The notes: generated by a model from the sequence alone, not told the origin. DNA of 64,000 bases from an uncultured virus (IMG/VR IMGVR_UViG_3300046742_000152) (IMGVR_UViG_3300046742_000152:1-64000); one strand, 5' to 3'; counted from the stretch's first letter, positions 50,853 through 60,758 are shown. Numbers and translations are program-made.

Positions 50853-51662
50853 ATGAAAACAAAAAGAAAAATATTAATAATGGGATTGCCAGGTTCTGGA
50901 AAAACAACTTTGGCAGAAATTCTAGTGAGCAAATTAAACGCCGCATGGTTTAATGCAGATGCTGTAAGGCAAGACATTTATACTGAATTAGGGTTTGATT
51001 ATGAAGATAGAATAAAACATGCTACTAGAATGGGGAAGCTCTGCGATTGGGCTAAAATCGGAGGGAACTATGTTGTGGCAGACTTTGTATGTCCTGTTCA
51101 GGAAACTCGCGAAGCTTTTAATGCAGACTTTGTGGTATGGGTTGACAGAATTCAAGAAGGTAGATATGAAGATACAAATAAAATGTTTGAAAAACCTTTG
51201 GAATACGACATTAGGCTGATAGATGGCAGTCCTGAAGAATGGGCTGAGCAAGTCATTAAAAAATTAAACGAAACCGAGCAGTGGGATAATCAAGCGCCCA
51301 CAGCTTTACTCATAGGAAGGTATCAACCTTTTCATATTGGTCATAAAACTTTAGTAAAAGAAGCTGTAGAGCGTACAGGACAGTGTTGTATAGCTTTAAG
51401 AGATGTAGCAGGTATTGATGAGAAAAATCCATATAATTTTGAGAAAGTAAAGCAAGAGATATACTCAGCATGCGTAGAATTTGGAGATAAAATTAAAGTA
51501 GTAGAGCTTCCAAATATTACTGATGTATTTTATGGAAGAGGAGTAGGTTACAATATAGAACAATTAGAATTAAGCAAAGAGCTACAAGCTGTATCCGCAA
51601 CAAAAATCAGAGCGGGGGAAATTGGTCAAGACGGAAAGCCTACTGGTAAAAGACCTGAGTGA
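50853..51662 (+). CDS. adenylyl-sulfate-kinase-like domain fused to HIGH-motif nucleotidyltransferase
   Basis: GLPGSGKTTLA, NADAVR, LGF..EDR, DFVCP; GRYQPFHIGH, VSATKIR. Confidence 0.85.
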   Translation: MKTKRKILIMGLPGSGKTTLAEILVSKLNAAWFNADAVRQDIYTELGFDYEDRIKHATRMGKLCDWAKIGGNYVVADFVCPVQETREAFNADFVVWVDRIQEGRYEDTNKMFEKPLEYDIRLIDGSPEEWAEQVIKKLNETEQWDNQAPTALLIGRYQPFHIGHKTLVKEAVERTGQCCIALRDVAGIDEKNPYNFEKVKQEIYSACVEFGDKIKVVELPNITDVFYGRGVGYNIEQLELSKELQAVSATKIRAGEIGQDGKPTGKRPE

Positions 51663-52042
51663 TGAAAAAATATAATACAATTTTTTGTGATATAGATGGA
51701 ACTATATTCAAATATAGGCAATTTGCAAATTATACAACCGAAGAGTGTGAAGTGCTGCCAGGAGTATTAAATAAACTAAACTCATGGAAGGATCAGGGTC
51801 ACATGATCATTCTAACAACGGCTAGACCTGAGGATCTTAGAGACTTAACAATTAATGAATTAAATAAAAATAAAATACCATATGATAGGATCATAATGGG
51901 TATTGAAAGGGGCGCAAGGATTTTAATTAATGATAAAGATCCTAAGTTAAATACTCCAAGAGCCCTTGGAATTAATTTGCAGAGGGATCAAGGGATGGTT
52001 TTTGACACAGTTAAACTTGATCCTGAATCAAATATATTTTAA
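51659..52042 (+). CDS. HAD-superfamily phosphatase
   Basis: CDIDGT, ILTTAR, ILINDK. Confidence 0.85.
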   Translation: MMKKYNTIFCDIDGTIFKYRQFANYTTEECEVLPGVLNKLNSWKDQGHMIILTTARPEDLRDLTINELNKNKIPYDRIIMGIERGARILINDKDPKLNTPRALGINLQRDQGMVFDTVKLDPESNIF

Positions 52043-52554
52043 TGAAATTAAATCTACAGGCAAAAGAATATCCAGAAACTTTTTTTGGAATAATAGAAAT
52101 TCCAAAAGAATCTAATGTTAAGTGCGAGCTGAATGAAAATTTTAATATGATAGAGTTTGATAGAGAACTTAGTAACTCTATGATATATCCCGCAAATTAT
52201 GGATTTATCCCCTCTACTTTAGCAGAAGATGGAGATCCTGTAGATATAGTCATGCTAGATACAGATCCTCACATTGAGGCAGGAACATTAGTAAAACTAA
52301 AACCGTTAGGTTTGTTAAGAATGATGGATTGTGGATACATTGACAATAAAATTGTCACAACTACAGTAAAAGAAAAAAGTATTAAAGATATTGATGATAT
52401 CTACCCAAGATTTCTTGAAAAAACTAAAGATTTTTTTGCAAATTATAAAAATTTAGACAACCAGAAAGTTATAGTAGAAGATTGGAAAAACGCTGAGGAG
52501 GCTAAAATTTATTTAAAAGATAAATTAATGCCTAAGACAAAATTTCTAAAATAG
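52042..52554 (+). CDS. ppa: inorganic pyrophosphatase (family I)
   Basis: IEIP, DR..YPANYGFIPSTLAEDGDPVD, M.D..D.K, FF..YK. Confidence 0.92.
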   Translation: MKLNLQAKEYPETFFGIIEIPKESNVKCELNENFNMIEFDRELSNSMIYPANYGFIPSTLAEDGDPVDIVMLDTDPHIEAGTLVKLKPLGLLRMMDCGYIDNKIVTTTVKEKSIKDIDDIYPRFLEKTKDFFANYKNLDNQKVIVEDWKNAEEAKIYLKDKLMPKTKFLK

Positions 52555-53812
52555 GAGTGCCTTTATGAGCTATTTGGAACGGTCTTCCAGATGGAGAATA
52601 ATGAATGTCATTTATAGAGAGACCCAAGGCATATGCAATTGTAGCATTTAAATCTTCAGGTCTAACTGGATTCAAGTCAACTTCCATTCCTTTGTCGTCG
52701 CTCTGACCATAAATTGTCCCGCCTTTGATAGCTCCCCCAGCAAAAAAAGCTGAGAAAGCTTTAGGCCAGTGATCTCTACCATCTCTTGGATTAATTTTTG
52801 GTGTGCGACCAAACTCAGATGTTAAAACTACCAACGTCTCATTTAATAAACCTCGGAGTTCAAGATCAAAGAGTAGTGCTCCTAATGCCTTGTCAATGTC
52901 CACGCAATTTGCCGCAACGCGATCAAAGTTATTATCATGTGTATCCCAACCTCCGCGAGTAACTTCTACATAGCGCACTTTATTTTCAATCAATCTTCTG
53001 GCTAGTAAGCATCCCTGACCGAAATTGCTTTCGCCATATAACTCAGTCATCGCTTGTGGCTCAGCTGAAATATCGAAAGCTTTTAAATCTTCACTTTGCA
53101 TTAGTTTTACAGCGTCTTTGTATAAATCAGTATACGCACGAATTTGTTTTTGATTATACCTCTCACTAAACACAGAATTTAATTGCTCAGCTGTTTTTAT
53201 TCTATCGTTAAATTGTGAACTATCTAAATAGTCAGCCATTGAACTGTTTGCTAGCCCCGCCTTAGGATTTCTTATTGGTAAAGCTCCGTAACGAGATTCT
53301 AAAAAGCCAGCTCCCCCTCCTCCTCCTCCAATCTTTACATTAGTGGGAATACTTCTATTTATTGACCCAGAAAGCTTAGAAACCCAGCTGCCAAAAGTAG
53401 GGTGTACAATTGTTCCGCGCTTTTGATAACTCGTATGCATTAAATAGCTAGCCTGTTCATGAGCCCCTTGGTTGCTTGTCACCGAGCGAACAATGGCTGC
53501 ATTATGCATATGCCTCGCAACTGTAGGCAAGTTTTCAGAAAGAAAAACATCATCAACCGTTGTCTTGATAGACTCAATTGGACCTTGGACATCAGGGCTT
53601 TGAGGCTTTGGGTCAAAGGTGTCAAGATGCGACATTGCTCCAGCCATGTTTAAGTAAATAACATGGCGAGCTTTAGCGGGGCGAGAACCTGGTGTTAAAG
53701 CGTAAGCGTTATCATGAATATATGATCCGACCAATGGCATTAAGCCAACTCCCAAATAAGATTTGGCAGCTCTAGCAATAAATTCTCTTCTGTGTATTTC
53801 GTGATTTTTCAT
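52532..53812 (-). CDS. DUF1501 family protein with twin-arginine signal
   Basis: HRREFI Tat motif; GAMSHLDTFDPKP, FGQGCLLARRLIE, GGWDTH, SEFGRTP, GRDHW. Confidence 0.92.
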   Translation of the reverse strand: MKNHEIHRREFIARAAKSYLGVGLMPLVGSYIHDNAYALTPGSRPAKARHVIYLNMAGAMSHLDTFDPKPQSPDVQGPIESIKTTVDDVFLSENLPTVARHMHNAAIVRSVTSNQGAHEQASYLMHTSYQKRGTIVHPTFGSWVSKLSGSINRSIPTNVKIGGGGGGAGFLESRYGALPIRNPKAGLANSSMADYLDSSQFNDRIKTAEQLNSVFSERYNQKQIRAYTDLYKDAVKLMQSEDLKAFDISAEPQAMTELYGESNFGQGCLLARRLIENKVRYVEVTRGGWDTHDNNFDRVAANCVDIDKALGALLFDLELRGLLNETLVVLTSEFGRTPKINPRDGRDHWPKAFSAFFAGGAIKGGTIYGQSDDKGMEVDLNPVRPEDLNATIAYALGLSINDIHYSPSGRPFQIAHKGTPILEILS

Positions 53813-53819
53813 AATAAAT

Positions 53820-54182
53820 TGGTGGACGTGGGGAGAGTCGAACTCCCGTCTTTAAATTTTCAAAAATATACATCTACAAGTTTAGTTTATTTTTTTTTAA
53901 GTTATGACATAAACATCCAACTAACCATTTCAATTATTCGCAGTTTATGATATGGATAAACTTTTATCTGTTTTGCAGATAGATGACCCCACAATCCTTT
54001 TATCTGCGTCAAAGGTTGTAAGGTAGCAGAATTAAGCTGCTAAAGCAAGCTGCTCGCTTTGAGGCGAGTAAGCTTGAATACGTGACTTATTGCCATGTAA
54101 ACTTTTGCATCTTTTTGAGGAGCCAGATGCACTCCTACTTGCAATATACTAATCCAACTTAAATCGAATCCAGTACACGCCC
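53820..54182 (-). ncRNA. ssrA: tmRNA; tag (A)GNKSRIQAYSPQSEQLALAA* at 54032..54094
   Basis: Acceptor GGGCGTG/CACGTCC+ACCA with G3.U; GGATTCGA; T-arm GGGAG TTCGACT CTCCC; pk1 GGAG/CTCC + TGCATCT/AGATGCA. Confidence 0.95.
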
Positions 54183-54269
54183 ATAAAATTTTAAAGAACA
54201 AGTTATATACTATATACCATAGTAATTGAATTAATTACACATAAATTAAATATTTGTGTATATCATATT

Positions 54270-54341
54270 ATGATACATCACGTTTCTGCACCACAAATAT
54301 TAAGTTTGATAGCGATAGTAATCATTTTAAGTTGCTTATAA
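54270..54341 (+). CDS. candidate small membrane peptide MIHHVSAPQILSLIAIVIILSCL
   Basis: ATG 14 nt after GTGTAT; converges on the clpC stop. Confidence 0.4.
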   Translation: MIHHVSAPQILSLIAIVIILSCL

Positions 54342-56792
54342 TTTTGTGAAAATAAATTTATTATTTTTATAATCAAACTCAACAGAGTCATTATCGGATA
54401 TTTTTTTTGACAAAATATTTTTACAAAGGACTGATTCTATATGTTGATTAAATAATCTTTCTATAGGTCTTGCTCCCAAATTTAGTTCTTGCAACTTTAA
54501 AAGTAAAAAATCTAAAACGTTTTTTGAAATTTTAATTTTAATCTTTTTACCCTGTAATCTTTTGTTTAGCATTTTAATATAAATTGATATTATATCTTCA
54601 TAGTGATCATTGGTAAAATTTGAAAAAATAATAATATCACTTATACGATTAACAAATTCAGGGGAGAAATGTTTGCAAGCAAGTTTATGAATTTTTTCGT
54701 TGACAATATCTTGATCTATTTCAGCAGAAAGGAAGCCGACTGATTGAGAAGGTTTATCTAAGATGTCACTACCCAAGTTTCCAGTTAAAATAATTAAGCA
54801 ATTTTGAAAATCAGCTGTTCTACCATAGTTATCAGAAAGTTTTCCTTCATCTAATATTGAAAGAAGAGATTTTAATACATCAGGATGAGCCTTTTCAATC
54901 TCATCAAAAAGAACTACGCTGTAAGGCTTTTTGCGAACTTGATCAACTAAGTTACTACCCTCTTCATAGCCGACGTAACCAGGTGATGACCCTGTAATTT
55001 TTGAAGAGCTGGCAGAATCTGAAAACTCTCCCATATCAATTCTAATAATTTTATCTTCTCCTCCAAAAATAAATTTAGACATTTTTTTTGCCATTAAAGT
55101 TTTACCAGTACCAGTTTTCCCCAACAAAAGAAAAACACCCGCTGGTTTGTTCGGGTTATTCAATCCGCAAGCGGCTCTCTGAATGGATTGACAAATTTTT
55201 TGAACAGCAGTATTTTGTCCTATAATTTCTTTTTTAAGATTACCTTCTAATTTTAGATACTTATCATCTGAAGTCGAAGAGATAATTGAAAGTGGGATTT
55301 TAACTTTTTGAGAAATAATTTCTTCTATATTATTCTTCGTGATATATATTTTTTTCTTAGCTATTGTCTTTTGCCACTCATCTAATATTTTTTGATATTT
55401 TTCAAAGAGATCATCAATGCATTCTCCTAAAACTTGCTTCCTATCTTTGTCGGAAGTTGATTCTTCTTGGTCAATTAAAGACTCCAAAGAAGATTCTAGA
55501 TTTAAAATTTCTTGAGGGCGATTAAAATTTTTAACTTTTGCTTTTGCGGCAGCTTCATCTATAATGTCTATAGCCTTGTCAGGTAAAAAACGATCATTGA
55601 TATATCTAGAGCTAAGCTCTACCGCAGCTTCTAGAGCATTTCTTCTAAATTTAACTTGATGAAAAGATTCATATTCTGGCGCTAAGCTTTGCAAAATATT
55701 AAAACAGTCTTTTTTTGAAGGTTCTGAAACTAAAACTGTTTGGAATCTCCTGGATAATGCCGAATCTTTTTCTATAGAGTTCTTGAATTCTTTTAACGTG
55801 GTAGCTCCAATGCATTTTAAATTTCCACGAGCTAGTAAAGGTTTTAAAATATTTGCGGCATCCATTCCCCCTTCGGAATTTCCAGCTCCCATTAAAGTAT
55901 GAATTTCATCAATAAATAAAATATTATAATCAGAAGATTGAACTTGTTTTAAAATTTCTTTCAAACGTTCTTCGAACTGACCTCGATATTTAGTTCCTGC
56001 AATAACACTATTTAGATTTAACCCAAGAACTTGAGAGTTTAAAAGTATATCAGGCACTTGCTTCGATACTATTCTTTGAGCCAAACCTTCTATTAAGGCT
56101 GTTTTTCCCACCCCCGCTTCGCCTAAAATGATTGGATTATTTTTTACACGGCGACATAAAATTTCAATTACTTGGTCGATTTCTTCTTCTCGATTTACGA
56201 CTTGATCAAATTTACCTTCACTGGCTAATGCGGAATAATTAATAGAAAACTGATCTAAAGAGCTTGGCTCAAGATCTTTTTTTGGAGAAGGATTTGATTT
56301 GCGATCCTTAGTTTTGTTTAAAAATTTCTTTAAATCTTTACGCTTTTCTTCGACGTCGCCTTCAAGAGACAATTGAACAGCATCAAAAATAGAATTAGGT
56401 TCCAAATTAAAACTTAAAAATAGATTTTGAACGTTAGGGTTAGATCGTAAAGATAAAAAGATATGCTCAACCCCAACGTAATCATGTCCATAAGTCATGG
56501 CTAATTTAGAAGACTCTCTTAATAAAATTTTAAAGCTTTTTGAATAAGAGATATCAACTCTTTGATCGTTGGGCAAAAAAGAAGCAGGGAACTCTAGGGT
56601 TTTATTTTTTAAATCTTGCATGGAAAACGCAGACTCTCCGCCCATAGAATAAAACAAACTATCTTGAACTTTAAAAATTCCATACACTAAATGTATTGGT
56701 TCAACTAAATTAATCCTAGAATCAACACACAAATTTTTGGCAATTTTAATTGCTTGTTGAACGCGAGGGGTAAAGTTTGGAAGTATATCCAT
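54336..56792 (-). CDS. clpC: ClpC/ClpA-type AAA+ unfoldase
   Basis: Clp-N repeats; GEAGVGKT, GTKYRGQF, FIDEIH; GKTGTGKT, PGYVGY, FDEIEKA; ClpP-docking VGF. Confidence 0.93.
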   Translation of the reverse strand: MDILPNFTPRVQQAIKIAKNLCVDSRINLVEPIHLVYGIFKVQDSLFYSMGGESAFSMQDLKNKTLEFPASFLPNDQRVDISYSKSFKILLRESSKLAMTYGHDYVGVEHIFLSLRSNPNVQNLFLSFNLEPNSIFDAVQLSLEGDVEEKRKDLKKFLNKTKDRKSNPSPKKDLEPSSLDQFSINYSALASEGKFDQVVNREEEIDQVIEILCRRVKNNPIILGEAGVGKTALIEGLAQRIVSKQVPDILLNSQVLGLNLNSVIAGTKYRGQFEERLKEILKQVQSSDYNILFIDEIHTLMGAGNSEGGMDAANILKPLLARGNLKCIGATTLKEFKNSIEKDSALSRRFQTVLVSEPSKKDCFNILQSLAPEYESFHQVKFRRNALEAAVELSSRYINDRFLPDKAIDIIDEAAAKAKVKNFNRPQEILNLESSLESLIDQEESTSDKDRKQVLGECIDDLFEKYQKILDEWQKTIAKKKIYITKNNIEEIISQKVKIPLSIISSTSDDKYLKLEGNLKKEIIGQNTAVQKICQSIQRAACGLNNPNKPAGVFLLLGKTGTGKTLMAKKMSKFIFGGEDKIIRIDMGEFSDSASSSKITGSSPGYVGYEEGSNLVDQVRKKPYSVVLFDEIEKAHPDVLKSLLSILDEGKLSDNYGRTADFQNCLIILTGNLGSDILDKPSQSVGFLSAEIDQDIVNEKIHKLACKHFSPEFVNRISDIIIFSNFTNDHYEDIISIYIKMLNKRLQGKKIKIKISKNVLDFLLLKLQELNLGARPIERLFNQHIESVLCKNILSKKISDNDSVEFDYKNNKFIFTKL

Positions 56793-59332
56793 TATCTGAT
56801 GTCTCCTAATTTCATGTAAATTTTTTCTTGCAAAGGTAAAATATTGTCAGCGAAAATAATGTCCGAAAACTTAGAACCAATTACACCTATTATATCATCT
56901 TTTTCTGGAAGTTTTTTTCCAGAATCTAAATATTCACTGTATTTAGCGCCTCTTGAATTATCCATGAACATTACTGGGTATTTACCATATTCATCATGTA
57001 ATATAAGTTTTACATATTTATTACCATTTCTGCTAGTGCCTTTATAATAATCAAAAACAATTCCAATAAATTTCCCTCTGCAAGAATCATTATTATAAAA
57101 ATCATTTGAATTATATATAATTTCAGAATCATTGAATACAGATTTTAAGTCACTACTATAACTATAACCCAAAAGCTTACTTTCAAAATACCAATTAGCA
57201 AATTTTTCATACTGCTTATTTTGTAAATAAATAGATTTATATTTTTCATATTTTGATTTAAAAGTATTAAATCTAGACTCCTTCATTAAAGGCTTGCCAT
57301 CTTTAGCAATTAAACCTTCTTTTGCGGCAGCGATAATATCTAGCAACATATAATTATATTTGGGAGCTAGGTCAATCGTTAATTTTTTTTCGCGATCAGT
57401 CAAAAGATTAAAGGACTGCGCTTCTAGAGCAAGCAGGGATCGACTGCAAGAATAACTAGGTAAGCAGCCAGCTTGAATCAAAGATGAAAGTATACCAATA
57501 TTAAGACCAGACTCTTTTGCTTGAACAAAAGTTTTAAATTTATTAGGCTGTTTTTTAGATCGAAACTTACTCAAAGATTGCAAAGATTTTTCACTTACAC
57601 CTTTGATGCTATTTAATCCAAATCTAATGTCCGAGTTTTCTTTAGAGAAATCCATTTCAGATCTCTCTAAATCTGGAGGTAATAATTTTATATTAAAAAA
57701 GGATAATTCTTTGCTGATTTGACTAATTTCTTCTTGAGGAGCTGGTTCAAACTTTGTCATTTTTAGCAAACTTAGAAAAAACTCTTGAGTATAATTGAAT
57801 TTTAAAAATGTAGTCCATGCTGCTAGCGTAGAATAGGCTATAGAGTGACTCTTATTAAAAGAATAATTTGCGCTATCTTCAGCGACCTTCCATAATATTT
57901 CACCAACTTCAGGTGGCAGATTATTTAAAGAAACTTTTTCTTTAATTTTATCTTGCCATAAAGACATTTGATCAACTTTTTTCTTTCCAACGATTCTCCT
58001 TAATTGTTCGGATTCGTCAAGGGAGAACCCAATCCTAACAGCCATTTTCATTAACTGCTCTTGGTATAAAGGTATGCCTCCTGTGTAGCTTAATTCTTCA
58101 GCAAAAAAATCATGAATAACATTAGAGTCATTTGTTTTTACGTATTCAGCATAAAGTTCTGTAAACTCCAAAGCCCCTGGACGAGCAATCGCTATAACCG
58201 CGCTAAGCTGCTCTAAACTTTTGGGTTTCACGGTTTTGCATACGCGAAAATTAGTATCAGCTTCAATTTGAAAAAGACCATGTGGAGATCTTAAGCTTTC
58301 TTGAAGAGGTAAGTAAATTGAAGGATCGTCTAAATTAACTTTTTTAATATCTACGTTAATATTATTACACACATCGTAAATAACACTCAATGTTCTTAAC
58401 CCAAGAATATCGAACTTTACCATGAGTTCAGAGACCCAATTCATGTCGTAACCAGTAATAATTGAGCCATCATTGGTGGATTGAAGAGGGCAAATTTCAG
58501 AGATTTTAAAGAATGATATTGCAATGCCAGAAGGGTGGACTCCTGTATTTTTATATAAGCCTTCGAGTTTTCGAGCTATTTTAAAGCACTCAGGATTTTC
58601 TTTTGACCAAGATAAAAACCTTTCACTTTCTTCAGTAGCTTTTTCCAAAGAAAAAACTTTACCAAATTTCTTGGGTATTAGGTCACTCACAGCATTAACA
58701 TCTTTTTCAGAAAACTCACTGACAATTTTTCCGCATTCTTTAATGCATAGCTTGCTGCTTAAACTGTTTAAGGTTAAAATTTTTGAAGTTCTTGAGGGGT
58801 TTTTCGCTTCAATGTAATCAATAACTTTTTGCCTATGCTCGTAAGCAATATCATTATCAACGTCAGCTAATAAGCTTCCGTCAAGATATGTTATTCCATC
58901 TACTTCAATTTTTTTTGCTCGACTTTCTGAAACAAATCGTTCGAAAAATAGTTCATACTTTACGGGGTCAATGCTGGTAACACCGATTAAAAATAAGACT
59001 AATGATCCTGCAGCTGACCCTCGACCAGGTCCGACGGGAATATTATTTTCATGACAAAAGTTAATAATATCCCAATTCAAAAGAATATAATCTGTGAAAC
59101 CAAGTTTGTTTAAAATTTCGAGTTCTGAAGATAATCTGGCAGAATAATTTTTACCTAAACTATTTTCTTTTAATTTTTTATCACACAAATTCTTTAAAAA
59201 AGTAAAATTATCAACATCATCTTTTAAATTTAGGCGTTCGTAGTATTTTTTATCTATTTCGATTTGGGGTAGGCGAACTCCAGGGGGTACACAATTTTTA
59301 TATTCAGTAAAATTATTAAAAAAATTTTTCAT
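56792..59332 (-). CDS. dnaE: DNA polymerase III alpha catalytic part (no PHP domain)
   Basis: GPGRGSAAGSLV, LFFERF, ADVDND, HPSG, KFDILGL, YQEQ, YSFNKSH; TAATG-coupled start at MKNFF. Confidence 0.92.
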   Translation of the reverse strand: MKNFFNNFTEYKNCVPPGVRLPQIEIDKKYYERLNLKDDVDNFTFLKNLCDKKLKENSLGKNYSARLSSELEILNKLGFTDYILLNWDIINFCHENNIPVGPGRGSAAGSLVLFLIGVTSIDPVKYELFFERFVSESRAKKIEVDGITYLDGSLLADVDNDIAYEHRQKVIDYIEAKNPSRTSKILTLNSLSSKLCIKECGKIVSEFSEKDVNAVSDLIPKKFGKVFSLEKATEESERFLSWSKENPECFKIARKLEGLYKNTGVHPSGIAISFFKISEICPLQSTNDGSIITGYDMNWVSELMVKFDILGLRTLSVIYDVCNNINVDIKKVNLDDPSIYLPLQESLRSPHGLFQIEADTNFRVCKTVKPKSLEQLSAVIAIARPGALEFTELYAEYVKTNDSNVIHDFFAEELSYTGGIPLYQEQLMKMAVRIGFSLDESEQLRRIVGKKKVDQMSLWQDKIKEKVSLNNLPPEVGEILWKVAEDSANYSFNKSHSIAYSTLAAWTTFLKFNYTQEFFLSLLKMTKFEPAPQEEISQISKELSFFNIKLLPPDLERSEMDFSKENSDIRFGLNSIKGVSEKSLQSLSKFRSKKQPNKFKTFVQAKESGLNIGILSSLIQAGCLPSYSCSRSLLALEAQSFNLLTDREKKLTIDLAPKYNYMLLDIIAAAKEGLIAKDGKPLMKESRFNTFKSKYEKYKSIYLQNKQYEKFANWYFESKLLGYSYSSDLKSVFNDSEIIYNSNDFYNNDSCRGKFIGIVFDYYKGTSRNGNKYVKLILHDEYGKYPVMFMDNSRGAKYSEYLDSGKKLPEKDDIIGVIGSKFSDIIFADNILPLQEKIYMKLGDIR

Positions 59333-59970
59333 TATATGTTTGATTTCCAAATCATTGATTTAAATACTTTGAAGTTTTGCTCAATATCGTAAAGCGCATC
59401 ATGAAGTTTGTTTTCGTCAAAATCTATTTTAAATTTCTCACAAAGAGATTTTAAATTAGTTTTTAAACCTCTCTTCTTTATTTTTTGAAGTTTAAATTGC
59501 CACAGCGTTAGATCAGTTTCATCATACTCAATGTCAAGAGCGTTAGCTTTAGCTATACAATTCGTATCTATTAATCTATCTACATAAGAATAATCAGAGC
59601 GTTTTCCGCATAATAATCGATGAATGTTGTGAATGAAAATATCAAAACCTATAATGTTATGACCGACTATATAATAGTCAGGATTATAAATATAACTTTC
59701 AAATAAATTTAAAACTTCCAAAGGGTCTGTAGCTCGTTTTTGATAAACAGACTCTTTGAATCCAGTTACTTGCTTTGCTCCATCAGAAATTTTTAAATCA
59801 TTCCAGCGTAAATAAAAATCATATTTTTTTTCGATTTTATCGTGACTGCAAATTAAAAAAGCTAATTGCCAAGGTTTATTATCTAAGGATGCTAAATTTA
59901 AGCTGCAAGTTTCATAGTCAAAAACTATAAATTTCTTATTTTTTTTAAATCTTAATAAATTAGAGTTCAT
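59332..59970 (-). CDS. DEDDh 3'-5' exonuclease (DnaQ-like)
   Basis: VFDYET, VGHN..GFD, IDT, LHDALYD. Confidence 0.9.
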   Translation of the reverse strand: MNSNLLRFKKNKKFIVFDYETCSLNLASLDNKPWQLAFLICSHDKIEKKYDFYLRWNDLKISDGAKQVTGFKESVYQKRATDPLEVLNLFESYIYNPDYYIVGHNIIGFDIFIHNIHRLLCGKRSDYSYVDRLIDTNCIAKANALDIEYDETDLTLWQFKLQKIKKRGLKTNLKSLCEKFKIDFDENKLHDALYDIEQNFKVFKSMIWKSNI

Positions 59971-60715
59971 TGTAATTTTCCTTCCAACTTTCAAAACAAA
60001 ACTCACGACTTCCAAAGCCTTCAAGGTTAGGCTTAGATAGAGAGCTTTTTTTTAAGAAACCTCGATTGCAAATGCATTTATAAGTCTGCAAGGCATCTGC
60101 ATCTTCTCGATTTTTGTAGAAAATGCTTTTAGTTAATTCGGTTTTAAAACCATTATCTTTGCAAAATTTATTAACAATTTTATTTAAAATAAGGTCAGTA
60201 GGTAAATTGTTATTCTCTAAAAAAAAGATAGGATCAGTAAAAGAAAAATTTGGCAAGCAGTTTGAGAACAAAAAACTATTTTGATATAAAAAAGAATCAT
60301 AAAAAGGAATAGCTAGAATTAAATCATCATTATTCCAAAACTTTTTGAGACATTTAAAGGTTCCAACGCCATCAAAATCGCAATGAATTGAGCTATATAT
60401 CAAATTTAGTTTCTTGCAACCCTCATCATTTTTAGCTAAAACAATAACTTTATGAACAGAGGGAGACTCGGTTTCCGAATCACATTTAATCATAAGCCTT
60501 AACCCGAATACCAAATGAATATTTTCTTCTAAAGATATTTTTCTTGCCTGAAGAAAACCAGTTGGAGCATCCTCTATAAGAACGAACTGCTTTAAATCAT
60601 TTTCTAATAAAATATCAAAAATCGAATCAGAGCCTGAAGAGTTAGGAGAGCCTGGAGGATTTAGGGTTAAAATACTTTTGCCTATACTATAATGAGACTT
60701 AAATAAAGGTAACAT
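59960..60715 (-). CDS. stand-alone PHP domain of DnaE
   Basis: KSHYS..KSIL, LVFGL, VLAKNDEG.KKL. Confidence 0.85.
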   Translation of the reverse strand: MLPLFKSHYSIGKSILTLNPPGSPNSSGSDSIFDILLENDLKQFVLIEDAPTGFLQARKISLEENIHLVFGLRLMIKCDSETESPSVHKVIVLAKNDEGCKKLNLIYSSIHCDFDGVGTFKCLKKFWNNDDLILAIPFYDSFLYQNSFLFSNCLPNFSFTDPIFFLENNNLPTDLILNKIVNKFCKDNGFKTELTKSIFYKNREDADALQTYKCICNRGFLKKSSLSKPNLEGFGSREFCFESWKENYNEL

Positions 60716-60758
60716 ATAATCTGTTTAGTTTACCAAAAAACCAATTAAAAGTCAAGCT

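Noticed and set aside
59330..59970. Programmed frameshift or intein joining the dnaE pieces
   Set aside because: Each piece has its own start with typical coupling overlaps; no splice-junction motifs were seen
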